Positions 13,269 through 27,400 of a DNA stretch of 64,000 nucleotides are shown here, in pieces. Position 1 is the stretch's first letter, and each line of letters begins with the position of its first letter. The position numbers were made by a program, and so were the translations under genes. The notes beneath the pieces are model-generated. The model saw only the letters and a list, made by a program, of their open reading frames with translations. It was not told where the DNA came from and made no database searches. The stretch is taken from contig NC_043002.1 of the NCBI RefSeq assembly GCF_006345805.1, forward strand, positions 115,692,001 to 115,756,000, read 5' to 3'. This DNA comes from Octopus sinensis. Taxonomy: Eukaryota.

Positions 13269-15019
13269 TGAAAACATTTAAGTGAGGCTTTTTGTGATAA
13301 TGGTTAAGACTCCCTTCGGCCATGAATAATAATGGGATTGCACCTAGAAAGTTCCCCTCCAAGGTACAAGTCCCAGCAAGGTTGTTTATGGAAGACCAGT
13401 AGTCATCCATGCATACCAGCCTCCCTTCTCCACACTCCCAATTTTATTCAAGGGAAAGGTAAAGGGGCTGATACAGCTTGGCACCAGTAATTTCGCAACT
13501 CATTTCTACAGCTGAGTGAAATGGAGCAACATGAAATAAAGTGTCTTGCTCAAGAACATAGCACACAGACCAGTCTGGGAATCGAACTCACAACCTCATG
13601 ATTGTGAGCCCAACGCTCTAACCACTGAGCCATGCACCTTCGCCTTAGTGATAAGAGAGTGTACAAAAACATCATCATCGCCATTTTACATTCACTTTCC
13701 ATATTGGCAATGGTAAGATGATTCAACAGACTTCATCAAGTCAAACAACCATGTCTTCCTCCAATGTCTCATTTTTAGACATGGTTCCTACAGCTGTATC
13801 CCTTTCATAACTCTCACCACTTTACAGAGTGAACTGTGTGCATTTTTTAATGGCACCAGCTCTATAGAGGTTGCCTTTCCTGCATTTCCCTGTTTGAATT
13901 AATTTCTAATCACTGTGCACTAGGTACTTTTTGTGGCACCAGCACTGTTGAGGTTGCCTTGCAGCTTGCAAAGCAAAAGAGAGCACCCCATGATGGAAGG
14001 GACAGATTTACTATGAGAAGATGGTAATGAAGGGGAAACAGGGTTGGAGAGGGAGTAGAGGAGACAAAGGAAGAGGGAGAGAAGGTGTAGTGTCAGGTAT
14101 TAGTGTGAAGGAGAGAAAGGTAAGGGGTAATGAGTGGCATTGAATAGGTGGAGCCAGTGGTGCGATGGCCAAGTCCCTCTACCATGCCAACATGGGTCTG
14201 ATGATACCTTAGTGTCCAAGACAGTTGTTAGTGAAATTACAAAGATTAATTATTGAGAGAGAACAGGGACACTTTTAGGTAAGGAAATAATAGGAAGTAA
14301 GTGAAAAGTAACATCAAGGGGTTAGTGAGAGGGTGTTAGAGTGATAAGATAGTGGGAGGGGTTGAATAAGGGGGTGGATGTAGTGCTACCCCACATTATA
14401 CATGAGAGGGTAAAGTAGTACTTGTGGGAAACATGAGAGCTTGTGTGGAAAGGAACCGGTAATATCAGGAGATTAATGAAAGTGATAAGGGTAATGAGGA
14501 AAGAAATTGAGATAGTTGAGTAGATGGTGATACAGTGCTACACCATGTTATAAAGGGGTGGGTAGATTGTGGAGGAGGGATAGATAAAATGATAATGAAG
14601 GTCCAGGGTATAACCACAAGTTAACATGAGTCATGCTTACTGAAGTACAATCCCTCCCCACTCAAATATCATGATTCAGGAGAAAGTAAATGGGAGTATG
14701 ATATCGGTGGTGGAAGTATGGGATAGGAAGATATTCAATATGCAGAAATTGATATGAGTGTCATGACACTTGAGTATGAGTGGGTAGAGAATAGACACAA
14801 TAGTTAGGGAAATATATGAGTGTTGAATGTGAGGGTATAGAATAGACAACATGTTGGTGGGGAATCCTGCACTAAGTCTGTGCAGGAGGTCAGATCTTCT
14901 GCAGCACTGTGTGTCACCAGTGGACATGGTCTTCAATTATCTCCTTCTTTAGATAGGATGCCTTGAAATTATCTTTCACCCCATCATGCCAAATCTTCCT
15001 TTTCCACAGATAGCATTCA

Positions 15020-15480
15020 CTCTTAGTTATATATAGTTATATACTCCATTTGCATCCCACACCCAGACCAGCACAGTCTCCTCTCTTACAACGGATTCCT
15101 CTTATTCTCAGTTTGTCTTTTTATTCATTTATACTTTGCAGGTCATACAATCTAGCATTGTACATGCAGTGAAGCATGCTCACCTCATTCCTTTCCAGCC
15201 TTTGCATGTCTTCTACTCTCAACGTTCACCTCTCACTGTCATGCAGCAATGTACTTCACACACAAGTATTGCAATCTGCTCTTGATCTTGAAGCATAAGC
15301 CCTTTGTTGCCAGCAAAATTAATAGCAATCTGGATTTTCTCCAGCCGATTCTTATTCTAGCTAACACACGTTTGAAACATCTACTCCACACTGCTAATTT
15401 GGTCACCTAGTTGCGAAAGCTATCAACCACTTCTTGGGAAGCATATGGGCATTTAAGAGAATCTATTCACCTGCTGCATC
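15020..15480 (-). mobile_element. Old RTE relic
   Basis: Degenerate match to 25440-25720 (ggtcacctag...gctatcaac; attcttattctagc). Confidence 0.55.
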
Positions 15481-18400
15481 TGAAGTCTGTCTTTTCTATT
15501 AACCTGTCTTTAATCCAAATACACTTCTGTGTATCCACTGATTACACTGATCAAATTTTAGAGAATTTTTACTAACTCCTTTTCTACAGTTGGAGCATGG
15601 CCATTTCGCTGATGTTACAAGGGTCCTGAATTCCAACTTACAATTTTTTTTTGTTTTTGCTAAGGTCCTTCAGTTCCAGATTTTGCTACCATGCCTGAAA
15701 TTTCAGATTCAATTCTTCTAAGAGCTAATTCATATGTATACAGGTGTTTCCAAAGGCAGCCTCACTTAAATTCCAGCCATGGCTTAAAGGATTATAATAA
15801 ATAGGAATGGACTGAGACCTGAGCTTTGATCTACTCCAACCTGCAATATTCTCACATTACTGGCTGCTCCTTCATACATAGCTTGTTTAGCCATCACAAA
15901 CTATCAGTTTATTCTTAGTTTCCTTAGCAACCACCAAATCACAATGTGAGGTGTCTTGTCAAACACTTTCTCATAATTGTGTGAAATTACGATGGTTCTT
16001 TATCTTGTGGCTTTTGTAAGCAAAAACACTTCCAGAGCTAAAGCTGAAACAAATAGTTTAAAGTGATTTTTATGTGAGATTAGCCTGACACAGCCTGACT
16101 ATAAAATTGGTAGTAATAAGACTAAAGCACTTGGTACTTGAACAAACAAGCAAATTTACGTGCATAATAATCCATGAACTGTCTCATCACACAAATATTC
16201 TTACTATTAAACCCAAGAACAGTCTACTGTCTATGGTTCTCAGGTACTATTTTCATTAATCATGATCTCCACATGAAAAGTCTAGTGCAGTGATCAAATG
16301 TCGACACATGAAGATACTTAGCAACATCCACTTCAAATTAATTGCTGATATGACTAATCCCTTGTATGGCTTTACTTATATTCATTCATTTAATGAATCA
16401 GCCTTCTTGATTAGCAATTACTAACCACTCATTTAGTTATTGTAGAAACCAAATTTAGCTCTGATAATGAACAGTTAATTTTCAACTCTCATTTTGTAAA
16501 AGATTGTTCCTGGTAAACTTGGTAATGAACTGCTTAATTACTTTAGGCACCACATGAAAATCTACAGGTGAACTGGTTGGTTTAATTATAAACTTTTTAC
16601 AGACATTTAGAAATATAATTCATTATTTGGAAATTTTAGTAAATTTAGTTAAATATCTATTACATTATGTGCATATATTTATATATTTGTATTTAAGTAA
16701 ATACATGTGATGTTAATGAAGACAGAAGTGGGCAAGTGACTATCTGTTTATCATGATTTGACAGTAGAAAAAGAAGGCTTGAGAAAATACAAAATTGAGT
16801 GAATAATTATACTGTTGTGTTGGACTAATGTCAGCATGATGTTGATAACTTTGATTATCAGGAGATGATTTAAGGAAAAAACATGCCACAAAGTCATCAT
16901 TTCTCCTCTGATAATATAGTCCAAGGCACAGTAAAACTCACCTGTGTTTGCTCCACAGGTGCATAATACTGTTGGTTTACACTGGATTATATACTTGTTT
17001 TGATATTTGTACATTAAAGATGTGTGAGTCATATAACTTGAGAGTAAACTCCTAAGTCAAGTCAGTGATGCTGACTCAACTTCTGGTTGGACCATATCTC
17101 TTACTCCTTATATTTTGCTTTTTTCCTTTCTCTCACCTTAGTTCATCTGAAATTGTGATTTCCCCTCTCTATTCTAATATATTTTCTTGAATGAATAGAA
17201 ATGAAATATAGAAGTTAGGTGCTATGATAAGGTTTATCCAGTATACTTTGTAAAGTGGATGACTAACCAGTGTTGGCATCATGGGGGTTAAGATCCATAG
17301 TCTGGTTTTATGAAGTACATGACAACTTCTATAGTTCTGCTACCATGACAAAATGCACCCAGTACACTCTGTAAAGTGGTTGACAAATGTGTGAAGACAT
17401 TGTAGAATGAGGAAGGCTATAACAACCTTTCTAGTACCATGACAAAATGCACTTAGTACCCTCTGTGCATCCAGCCATAGAAGCTGTACCAAAATGAAAA
17501 TAGATGAGTGAGGCATGGTTGGAGACCATACCTAGGTGGGTAAAAAAGGGCTCAAACTATGACAATTCATCCAACATAAAATGATGGTAGTGACAATCTG
17601 TAAAATTCCATTTGAGAAATGAGGAGGAATAAGCTAAATTAGGTTCACTTGTCTTTGATAGACTAACTGGATATAACTCCTTCAGTGGTGACCCAATGAA
17701 ACTGAAGTGTGTGCATATGAGATGAATGTTTGCATATATGGAAACATCTTGGATATGCCTGTGAACTATTCATGCAACAAGGGATTAATTACAACTGGCT
17801 CATTAAAGAACCCAACGTTAAATTTATACTCCAACTAATCATCATCATCATCATTATTTTTTTGCATGTTTTTTTCTATGTTAGTGTGGATTGGACGAGT
17901 CTGTTGCAGCCCTTCATCATCTGGTGCCATCATTAAAAATAAAATTCCTATTCTCTATGTATGCCATGATTTTTTTTTAGGGATTGAGGTCACTTTTTCT
18001 TTTTTTTTTTTTACAACCCTTTCTGTCATTGACCACTCTACAGCATGTACATCCGAATGTCATCTATAATGTTACTAACTTAAAAGAGGGGGTTTGCCAA
18101 GATTAAAACATCTCCTCTACTTGTATTTTAGCCAATGTCATGCCTGTGATGCTAGGGTTACTCATCTCTTAGATGGGCTGCCTTCGCTACAGCTATTGAC
18201 ATCACATTGTCTCTGTGCTTTTTATGTTTTGAACTTCGTTTTTACAGATGATTGCCATACCTATCATTATCCACTTTACAGCATGGACTGGGTACCTTTT
18301 ATCATGTCTCTAGCTCTAGAAAGGTTGTCCATTGAACCTAACAGCATTTTGCGTTTTTATTTACTGCTCTCCTAAACAGAATACCTTCCTGTAGAGTCCA

Positions 18401-18604
18401 TATGTGTGTGTCTGTGTGTACATCTTTTGTTTCAGTCATGGAATTAAAGCTTTGCTGGGATTTTGTCTTGAAGGGTTTACTCAAACAAATCAACCTCAAT
18501 ACTTATTTTATCATCTCTTTTACCAAACTGCTAAGTTATGGGGATGTAAGTGAGTGGTAGAGGGGAACAAACAAACGTACACACATAAAGATATATACCA
18601 CTAC

Positions 18605-20085
18605 CTATCATCATCATCATCATCATTTAACGTCCGTTTTCAATGCTAGCATGGATTGGACGGTTCAACTGGGGTCTGGAAAGCCAGAAGGCTGCACCAG
18701 GCTCCAGTCTGATCTGGCAGTGTTTCTACAGCTGGATGCCCTTCCTAACGCCAACCACTCCGTGAGTGTAGTGGGTGCTTTTTACGTGCCACAGGCACAG
18801 GTGCCAGACGAGGCTGGCAACAGCCACAATCGGATGGTGCTTTTTACGTGCCACCAGCACAGACGCCAGTCTGGGTGGCACTGGCAACGGCCACTTTCAG
18901 ATGGTTCTCTTATGTGCCACCGGCACTGGTATCACAGCTACAATTTCCATTGATGTTGAACAATTTCGATTTTGATTTTCACTTGCCTCAACAGGTCTTC
19001 ACAAGTAGAGTTTTGTGTCACAAAAAGGAAAGGTATGCATAAGTGGGCTGGCTACGTCCCAGGTAGAGGCCACGGGTTATGGGCTCACTTGTCCTGCCAG
19101 GTCTTCCCACACACAGCATACTTCCAAAGGTCTCGGTCTCTGGTCATTTCCTTGGTGAGACCTAAAGTTCGAAGTTCGTGCTTCACCACCTCGTCTCAGG
19201 TTTTCCTGGGTCTACCTCTTCCACAGGTTCCCTCAACCACTAGGGTGTGGCACTTTTTCACACAACTATCTTCATCCATTCTCTCTACATGACTGGCTTC
19301 ATTTCTTGTGAGCTTACACATATCCTCAGCAGTCACGGCCCAAGTTTCACTGCCATGTAGCATGGCTGTTCGTACACACGCATCATACAGTCTGCTTTTA
19401 TTCTGAGCGAGAGGCCTTTTGCCACCAGCAGAAGTAAGAGCTCTTTGAACTTTGCCCAGGCTATTCTTACTCTAGCAGTTACACTTTCAACACACCCGCC
19501 CCCTGCTACTGACTTGGTCACCTAGGTAACAGAAGCTATCAACAATTTCTAGTTTTTCTCCCTGGAATGTGACAGAAGTTGGTCTCTGAGCATTTTCAGT
19601 GTTTATTGCTCCTGAGCATCTGCCACATACAAAAACTATCTTCCCAGTTAGCCTTCCTTTGACATTGCTGCACCTCTTATGTGTCCATAGCTTATGCTTG
19701 GTGCATCTTATAGAGTTTCTACCTACACCTTTTCTACAGATTGAGCAGGGCCATCTACCTGAAGGCGTTTGTGATTTGTCTACCTTCCTACTTATTAGGA
19801 CTTAGTTTTAGCTTGGTTGATTTTAAGGCCCTTCGATTCTAATCCTTGTCTCCACACTTGAAACTTTGCCTCTAGTTCTGATAGTGACTCAGCAATTAGA
19901 GCAAGGTCATCAGCATATAGGAACTCCAAGGGGCATCCTGTCTTGAATTCCTCCGTTATTACCTGGAGGGCTATGATAAATAGGAGGGGGCTGAGGCCTG
20001 AACCTTGGTGGACGCCTACCTCTACCCTGAATTCTTTAGTGTACTCGTTGCCAACCCTCACCTTACTGACAGAGTCCCTGCACAT
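18605..20085 (-). mobile_element. Truncated, internally deleted RTE-clade LINE
   Basis: VGVHQGSGLSPLLF...LYADDLAL (ORF 19795..20121), RTE C-terminal fragments, 3' UTR and (GAT)n tail. Confidence 0.9.
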
Positions 20086-20159
20086 GAGGGGTAAGAGAAA
20101 TATGTTAAGAATGAGGTTCATGGTGCAATCTAAACGTTTTAAGCCAAACCTACAATGAC

Positions 20160-21330
20160 TCCATGAACAGAGATTGGGAATAATTTATCCTCAAATGAAG
20201 CCAGACTAATCTTGTTTCCTTCCACTACACATTTCAAGAAAACATAATTGCACCCCAACTCTTAAGCATGTAACAAGAATTCTCAAGATGGTTACAAATG
20301 CTAGACTTCACCATCAAAGGATCTTCAACTTAGCAAATACTGCATTTCAAAGTGACCTTCTTGGTAGTCAGAATATACTTTGAACAACTAGTATCTCTTT
20401 GCAAAATACCAGTAAGACCTACTATGGAATGCTGCTGCTACACACTTAGGCACCGTTCTCTTCTGAAAAATAACTTTTTGGCTGATTGGTATGAAGTTGC
20501 TTGCCTATACTCTCCAACTTGTGGCCCACAGATGTTTCCGCTTTCTACTTTTCATACCAGCAACAGAACTGCCAGCCACATATAAAAATCATAAAAAGGA
20601 ATAAACAAACAGCTACTACAGTGGGGCATTTGTACCTCATAGTTGCTGATCTCATGTTGTCTCCATTCAGGCACTTCCAAATTTGATTTGTTTCTCCTAC
20701 TCTCATTAGTTGTACACTAAAACCTGTCTAAAACTTCCTTTCTAGAATATCAGACTGCTGGAATTTCCTCTCTACACGTTTCAATGTAACTGTAAACTTG
20801 TAACATTAACAAAATCAGTTTTACCTATCTTTGAAGGCTTTAGAAGTTCATGAACATAACCCATCTTCTGATCAAACTAATAAAGAATTAGCAAGGGAAT
20901 AGATGTAAGATAGTCGGAGCCATTGGTTTTATTGGTTTGAATAGGCCAGATATTTTTTCACTCAGCATGTATGTTTATGGTGATGAAACTGGTGAAACAG
21001 AGAAGAAAATATTTGGAGAAATTATTCATGTTCTCTACAATGTTGAGTTGGATGCAAGGTGGGCATCAAGTATGAAGTATTTTTTGGTAGGAGTACAGCT
21101 TATGGAATCTTCCTTCCTTCCACTCTTCAAACATGATAGCTTAGAGAGCTATCATGTTTGAATAGCAGAGGGAAGGAAAATTCTTTAAAATTGAAGAAAT
21201 CCTTTTAGCAATGGACGAAAAGGACCAGTTACAGTTTGAGAGATGGCAGAGCTTGTATATGATACACAAAGATATATCTTGCATTTCAGATGGTAGCCTT
21301 ACAGGAATTGTGATGGTGAATAGAAGCCAT
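20160..21330. mobile_element. Two decayed CR1/L2-like fragments (20160-20480 on +, 20840-21330 on -)
   Basis: VRPTMECC resembles VRP.LEYC; the rest is weak similarity judged by eye. Confidence 0.35.
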
Positions 21331-21479
21331 ACAGTTGTTGGTATGGGTAAATGATTTTCCTTTTTCCAGGTTTTTTTTTTTTAAGGGTTTCATGTGAAAC
21401 CCTTAGATTTGGTGTTATATGTTTACATTGGAATACCTGGTTAAAATAATAAAACAAATTATACTAATTTTTTTAACAG

Positions 21480-21498
21480 TTACCTGCCATTGCTACAG
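21480..21498 (+). CDS. 19-nt micro-exon (LPAIAT+G), phase 0 to 1
   Basis: Branch-point-like CTAAT, then a T tract and ACAG acceptor; donor CAG|GTATGT. A 124-nt intron follows and the phase matches the next exon. Confidence 0.6.
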
Positions 21499-24400
21499 GT
21501 ATGTATTTTAATAATTCTGTAGCTGAAACTCAGTAGTACTTTAGTATAATTAACAGATTTTTTTTATCACTTCTCTTTTCTTTAGAATTGTGATTATTTA
21601 TTTCCATTTTCTTCTGTTCTAGTTGGCAGTAAATCAAAGAAAGAAATTGATTCCTTGGTCAGCCCCTTTAACAAGCCACTACCTAAACAGGATGAAGATA
21701 TGTTTATTGATGACAGACAGTCTTTTAATCAATGGGATCCAGTAAGATATTCTCTCTTTATATCGCTGTATAAATGTTATTATGTAGCTGTGTTATTTTT
21801 CACTCAGTCTTTGCACGGTCATCTGTCAACAAGAATCAAAATTGCCACAAAAATTGTATTTAGAAACAAGTTGGTATTTATTATGTAACTTAATAACTTC
21901 ATTTTGTCTGATACAACAAAGTCTGGGTGACAGAATGACTTCACACTGAAATTTGATTATTGAAACTACATATAACAATATGGCTGACGGGAAGCTAACT
22001 TCAGTTTCCAGTTTAATGGCATCCATGGGTGTTCAACAACTCTGAAATATCACAAGCAAAATTACATAACAAAATAGCTATATCTTAGTGTATACTAAAG
22101 TAAGGATAATTATTATTATTTAATTACCAGTGAGATTACCTCCTGCCTAATATCATGAACTTTATTATATTTCTATATAATACTTTGTCTAGTTATTCTG
22201 TCTCCCAAATGGTTAGCCTTAAATGTCAAAACAAAACAAAACATATCCATGGGAATAACATCAATTCAAAAAATAAGGTAGGACTATTTTGTATTTCACA
22301 TAAATAGTTTCTATTTTGTAAACCAAGATAAGCATAGCTTCATATTTCATCACCATCATCATCATTTGATATCCATGTTCCATGCTGGCATGGGTTCATA
22401 CTCCAATGTCTGCTTTGGCATGGTTTCTACAGCTGGAAGTCCTTCCTAATGCCAACCACTTTACAATGTGTAAGGAATGCTTTTTTATATGCCACCCACA
22501 CTACTGAGATTCCTTTGTAGCTCATAGAACTATGAAACCTGGATGTGGTGGTGGGTGGTCAGCTTAGGACTTGGAAACAAGGAGTTACACTAAAAGGGAA
22601 AGATTGTCAAAGCAGGTTCTTGCGGAGGATCTTCATAACTACTCCCATTTTGAAGAAGAGAAAGAGAAATGAATGATCAGTAGGGGCTGCAAAGAGATAA
22701 TAACAATGAAGTGCCCAAGTAGCCCCACGAGACACAAAGTGAGTAGAAGCAGGTGGTTTGCAACATTATATGGGGAGCATTTAAAATTTTCTGTTCTAAG
22801 GTTTGTTAGACTCATTAACCCATATCACACAATTTCAGTCCTAGTTCTATCTACATTTTGGTCACCAGCTTCTCGATTTATCAGCAGTTCCCTTATCTTA
22901 TATACTTAAATTTATTTGTAAGTTTTAGGATATACATATACCTAGAAATATATCTTTAAACCTATCTAGAATTGTATAGTGAACAATGCATGTATATAAA
23001 TTTTTATATGGGGTACATAAAAACAACTCATCATTATCATCATTTAACATCCGTTTTCTTTCCTGGCATGGATTGGACAGAGCTGACCAGCTGACCGGCT
23101 GTTCAGGCTGTAAGTCTCTTTTGGCATGGTTCCTACGGTTGGATGCCCTTCCTAATGCCAACCACTTTACAGAATGTATTCGGTACTTTTACACAACACT
23201 GGTATGGGTGCTTTTATGCAGCACTGGTACAAATGCTTTTTACATGGCACCAGCAAATACGAACCCGCAAGATTAGGAATGCTCAGCCGGAGAGGGTTGC
23301 AAGGAACAAGCCTATATGCAAGGGCAACCACCTTTTTACTTAACTTGAAATGTCTTTTCAAGCACAGTAAACCGCCAGGGGTCTCAGTCCCCTGTCACCT
23401 CCTCTGTGAGTCCCAATGTTTGAGACTTGAAGAGTATTGGTACATAATAAAAACAACTATATTTTTGAAATCAACACTGTTATTTTAAGTCGCTCATGGC
23501 CACAAGTTTTATGGAATTAATCTTAGAACATAACTGGTACTTTCTTTAGTAATCCCTGGGAATAAGAAAAGACAAAACTGATCCTAGCAAAATTTGAACG
23601 CTGTACAACTTAATACTGTTTGTACACTACTACTTTTAAATTCCCACATCATTACTCTTTTACTTATTTCAGTAATTTAATTATGACCATGCTGGAGCAC
23701 CACCTTTAGTCGAGCAAATCGACCCCAGGACTTATTCTTTGTAAGCCTAGTACTTATTCTATCAGTCTCTTTTGCCGAACCATTAGGTTACGGGGACGTA
23801 AACACACCACCATCGGTTGTCAAGCGATGTTGGGGGGACAAACACAAACACATAAGCACACACACACACACATACATACATATATATATATACACATATA
23901 CATATGACAGGCTTCTTTCAGTTTCCATCTACCAAATCCACTCACAAGGCTTTGGTCGGCCCGAGGCTATAGTAGAAGACACTTGCCCAAGGTGCCACAC
24001 AGTGGGAATGAACCCGGAACCATTAGAATAAGGAAAGTTAAATTCTTCCAGACAATACTCAAACCAGATAATCTTATTGTGATAATACATTCCCATCAAA
24101 GGTGGTGAGCTGGTAGAATCATTAGCATACCAAACAAAATACTTAGCGGCTTTTCATCCACCTTTATGTACCGAGCTCAACTTTGGCTTTCATCTTTTTG
24201 GATCAACAAAATAAGTACCAGTTGAGCACTGAGATCAATGTAATTGGCTCAACCCCTCCCTGAGCTTGCTGGCCTTGTGCCAAAATTTTAAACTCTCCCA
24301 CCAGAAATGTTTTATCTTTATAGTCCATATCCTGATACCAAATATAGTCTATCCATCTCATCTCTGTTCTGTCCCAGAGTTTTAACAACACTATTTTCAT

Positions 24401-27400
24401 TTTTAATCAATTAGCTTAAATCTGTTATAATCTGCTTTCTCAAATAATTGTTTGCTTATTCTTTAATTAGTTTAAGATTGAAAAATATTTTGAAAAAATA
24501 GATTTTTTCATATTAGAAATTCACAAATAAATTAATAAAATATGCATTTATATATTCATCATCATCTTCATCATCATTGTTTAACGTCCGCTTTCCATGC
24601 TAGCATGGGTTGGACGATTTGACTGAGGACTGGCAAACCAGATGGCTGCACCAGACTCCAATTTGATCTGACAGAGTTTCTACAGCTGGATGCCCTTCCT
24701 AACGCCAACCACTCTGAGAGTGTAGTGGGTGCTTTTACGTGCCACAGGCACGAGGGCCAATCAGACGGTACTGGCAACGGCTACACTCAAATGGTGCTTT
24801 TTATGAGCCACCTGCACAGGAGCCAGTCCAGCGGCACTGGCAATGACATCGCTCGAATGTTGTTTTTCACGTGCTACCAGCACAGGTGCCAGTAAGGCGA
24901 TGCAGGTAATGATCACACTCGAATGGTGCTTTTTACATGCCACCGGCACGAAGGCCAGTTGCTCTGGCAACGATCATGCTCGTATGGCACTCTTAGTCCT
25001 CCACTAGCACGGATGCCAGTCATCAAATTTGATTTCAATTTCACTTGCCTCAACAGGTCTTCGCAAGCAGAGTTTAGTGTCCAATGAAGGAAAGGTACGC
25101 ATAAGTGAGCTGGTTACACCCCTGGCATAGGCCATAAGGTTATGGTCCCACTTGAGCTTGCCGAGTCTTCTCAAGCACAGCATATTTCCAAAGGTCTTGG
25201 TCGCTAGTCATTGCTTCAGTTCGAAGGTCATGCTTCACCACCTCATCCAAGGTCTTCCTGGGTCTACCTCTTCCACAGGTTCCTGCAACCACTGGGATTG
25301 GCACTTTTTCACACACTATCCACATCCATTCTCCCACATGACCATACCAGCAGTCGTCTTCTTGCACACCACATCTGATGCTTTTAGGTACAACTTTTCT
25401 CTCAAGGTACTACACTCTGTCGAGTATGCACACTGACATTACACATCCATCGGAGCATACTGGCTTCATTCCTTGCGAGCTTACGCATGTCCTCAGCAGT
25501 CACAGCCCATGTTTCACTGCCATGTAGCATGGCTGTTCGTACACACGCGTCATACAGTCTACCTTTTACTCTGAGCAGGAGGCCCTTTGTCACTAGCAGA
25601 GGTAGGAGCTCTCTGAACTTTGCCCAGGCTATTCTTATTCTAGCAGCTACACTTTCAGAGCACCCACCCCCCACTACTGACTTGGTCACCTAGGTAATGG
25701 AAGCTATCAACTACTTCTAGTTTTTCTCCTTGGAATGTGGCGGAAGATGGTCTCTGCACATTTTCAGGGTTTATTGCTCCTGAGCATCTGCCACATACAA
25801 AAACTATCTTCCCAGTTAGCCTTCCTTTGATATTACTGCACCTCTTATGTGTCCATAGCTTACACTGGGTACATCTTATAGAGTTTCTACCTATGCCTTT
25901 TCTACAGATCGAGCAGGGCCATTTACCTGAAGGGATTTGTGGTTTGCCTGCCATCCTACTTATTAGAACTTTAGTTTTAGCTAGGTTGACTCTAAGGCCC
26001 TTCGATTCTAATCCTTGCTTCCACACCTGAAACTTCTCCTTTAGTTCTGAAAGTGACTCGGCAATTAGAGCAAGGTCGTCAGCATAGAGGAGCTCCCAGG
26101 GGCATCCTGTCTTGAAGTCCTCCATTATTGCCTGGAGGACTATGATAAATAGGAGGGGGCTTAGGACTGAATCTTAGTGGATCCCTACCTCTACCCGGAA
26201 TTCTTCACTGTACTTGTTGCCAACCCTCACCTTATTGACAGAGTCCCTGTACATGGCTTGCACAGCTCTCACTAACCATTCATCTATCCCTAGTTTCCTC
26301 ATTGACCACCAAATAAGGGATCGGGGGCTTATCTTTGGCTAGGTATTTCTCCTGCAGCTGTCTTACCAGAAATATGGCATCAGTGATGCTTTTCCCTGGC
26401 ACGAACCCAAACTGTATCTCATCTAAACTGTCTCTCTCCCTAATTAGTTGGGCTATGACCCTCTCCATGACCTTCATTACCTGATCCAACAACTTGATAC
26501 CTCAGTAATTTTTTGTATCTAAAGCGTCACCTTTACTTTTGTAGTAGTTGACTATTATGCTGCTACACCAGTCACTGGGTATGACTCCTTCATGTATCAC
26601 CTGGTTAAATATTTCTATATGACATTTGATAAATAAAAGTATGTCGGTTATAGGTCTCCAATGGGATAATTCCTGTTTCATGCTTTGGCAATCAGGCCAG
26701 AACAGAATGTATGGGCGGCCTGCAGTGCAATGGTGTAAAATATACAAACTTTAGATCAGTTAAAATAGAGAGAATTTTTCTCTTGACAGTTACCTTTTCT
26801 GGATCAAATATCTTCCAAACATATTTGAACTTATCTAAAGTTGGCTTATTTTACACTACTGCTTTTTTTTTTCTTCTATTTTGTTATCATTGATACATTT
26901 TTTTTGTATTTTCTCATGGGTGGTGACTTCTGTTCTGTCACCAACAATTTATGGACATACAAGAAACCAAAAACAATTATAAGTATGAAAATTCACTATG
27001 TGCTTTACATTGTTTTTGTTTTTTTCAATTTCAAATGATGTCACCCGACTAGCTTGGTGAGCAGGGCCAGCATTCCCCTGAAGTCTAATCCGTCACAGGG
27101 TTACCCATTTACAGCTGAGTGGACTGAAGCAATGTGAAATGGTTTTGCTCAAGAACACAACATACCACTCAGTCCAGGAGTCAAACCCACAATCTGGTGA
27201 TCATGATTACAACATAATCTTATTAGATTATCATTATTAATCCTATTTATTAATTTGTCATTATTAAGATCATTTTAAGGCTTAGATTATAGCAGCACTT
27301 TTTCTTTCATTGACAGTTTCATTACATCAATGTCCTGAATTTGTGTAAACAATTTTCATGACATACCTGTCTCACTGGTTTAACCCAATCACTGCTGCAT

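Noticed and set aside
16446-16513. Possible exon TKFSSDNEQLIFNSHFVKDCS between ttattgtag and gtaaac
   Set aside because: Weak donor, phases do not fit the neighbouring exons, and no homology cue.
18651-19805. + strand ORFs such as [11 protein letters not shown]... and [11 protein letters not shown]... (also 25737, 39277, 56060)
   Set aside because: Antisense or UTR translations of RTE LINE copies, not host genes.
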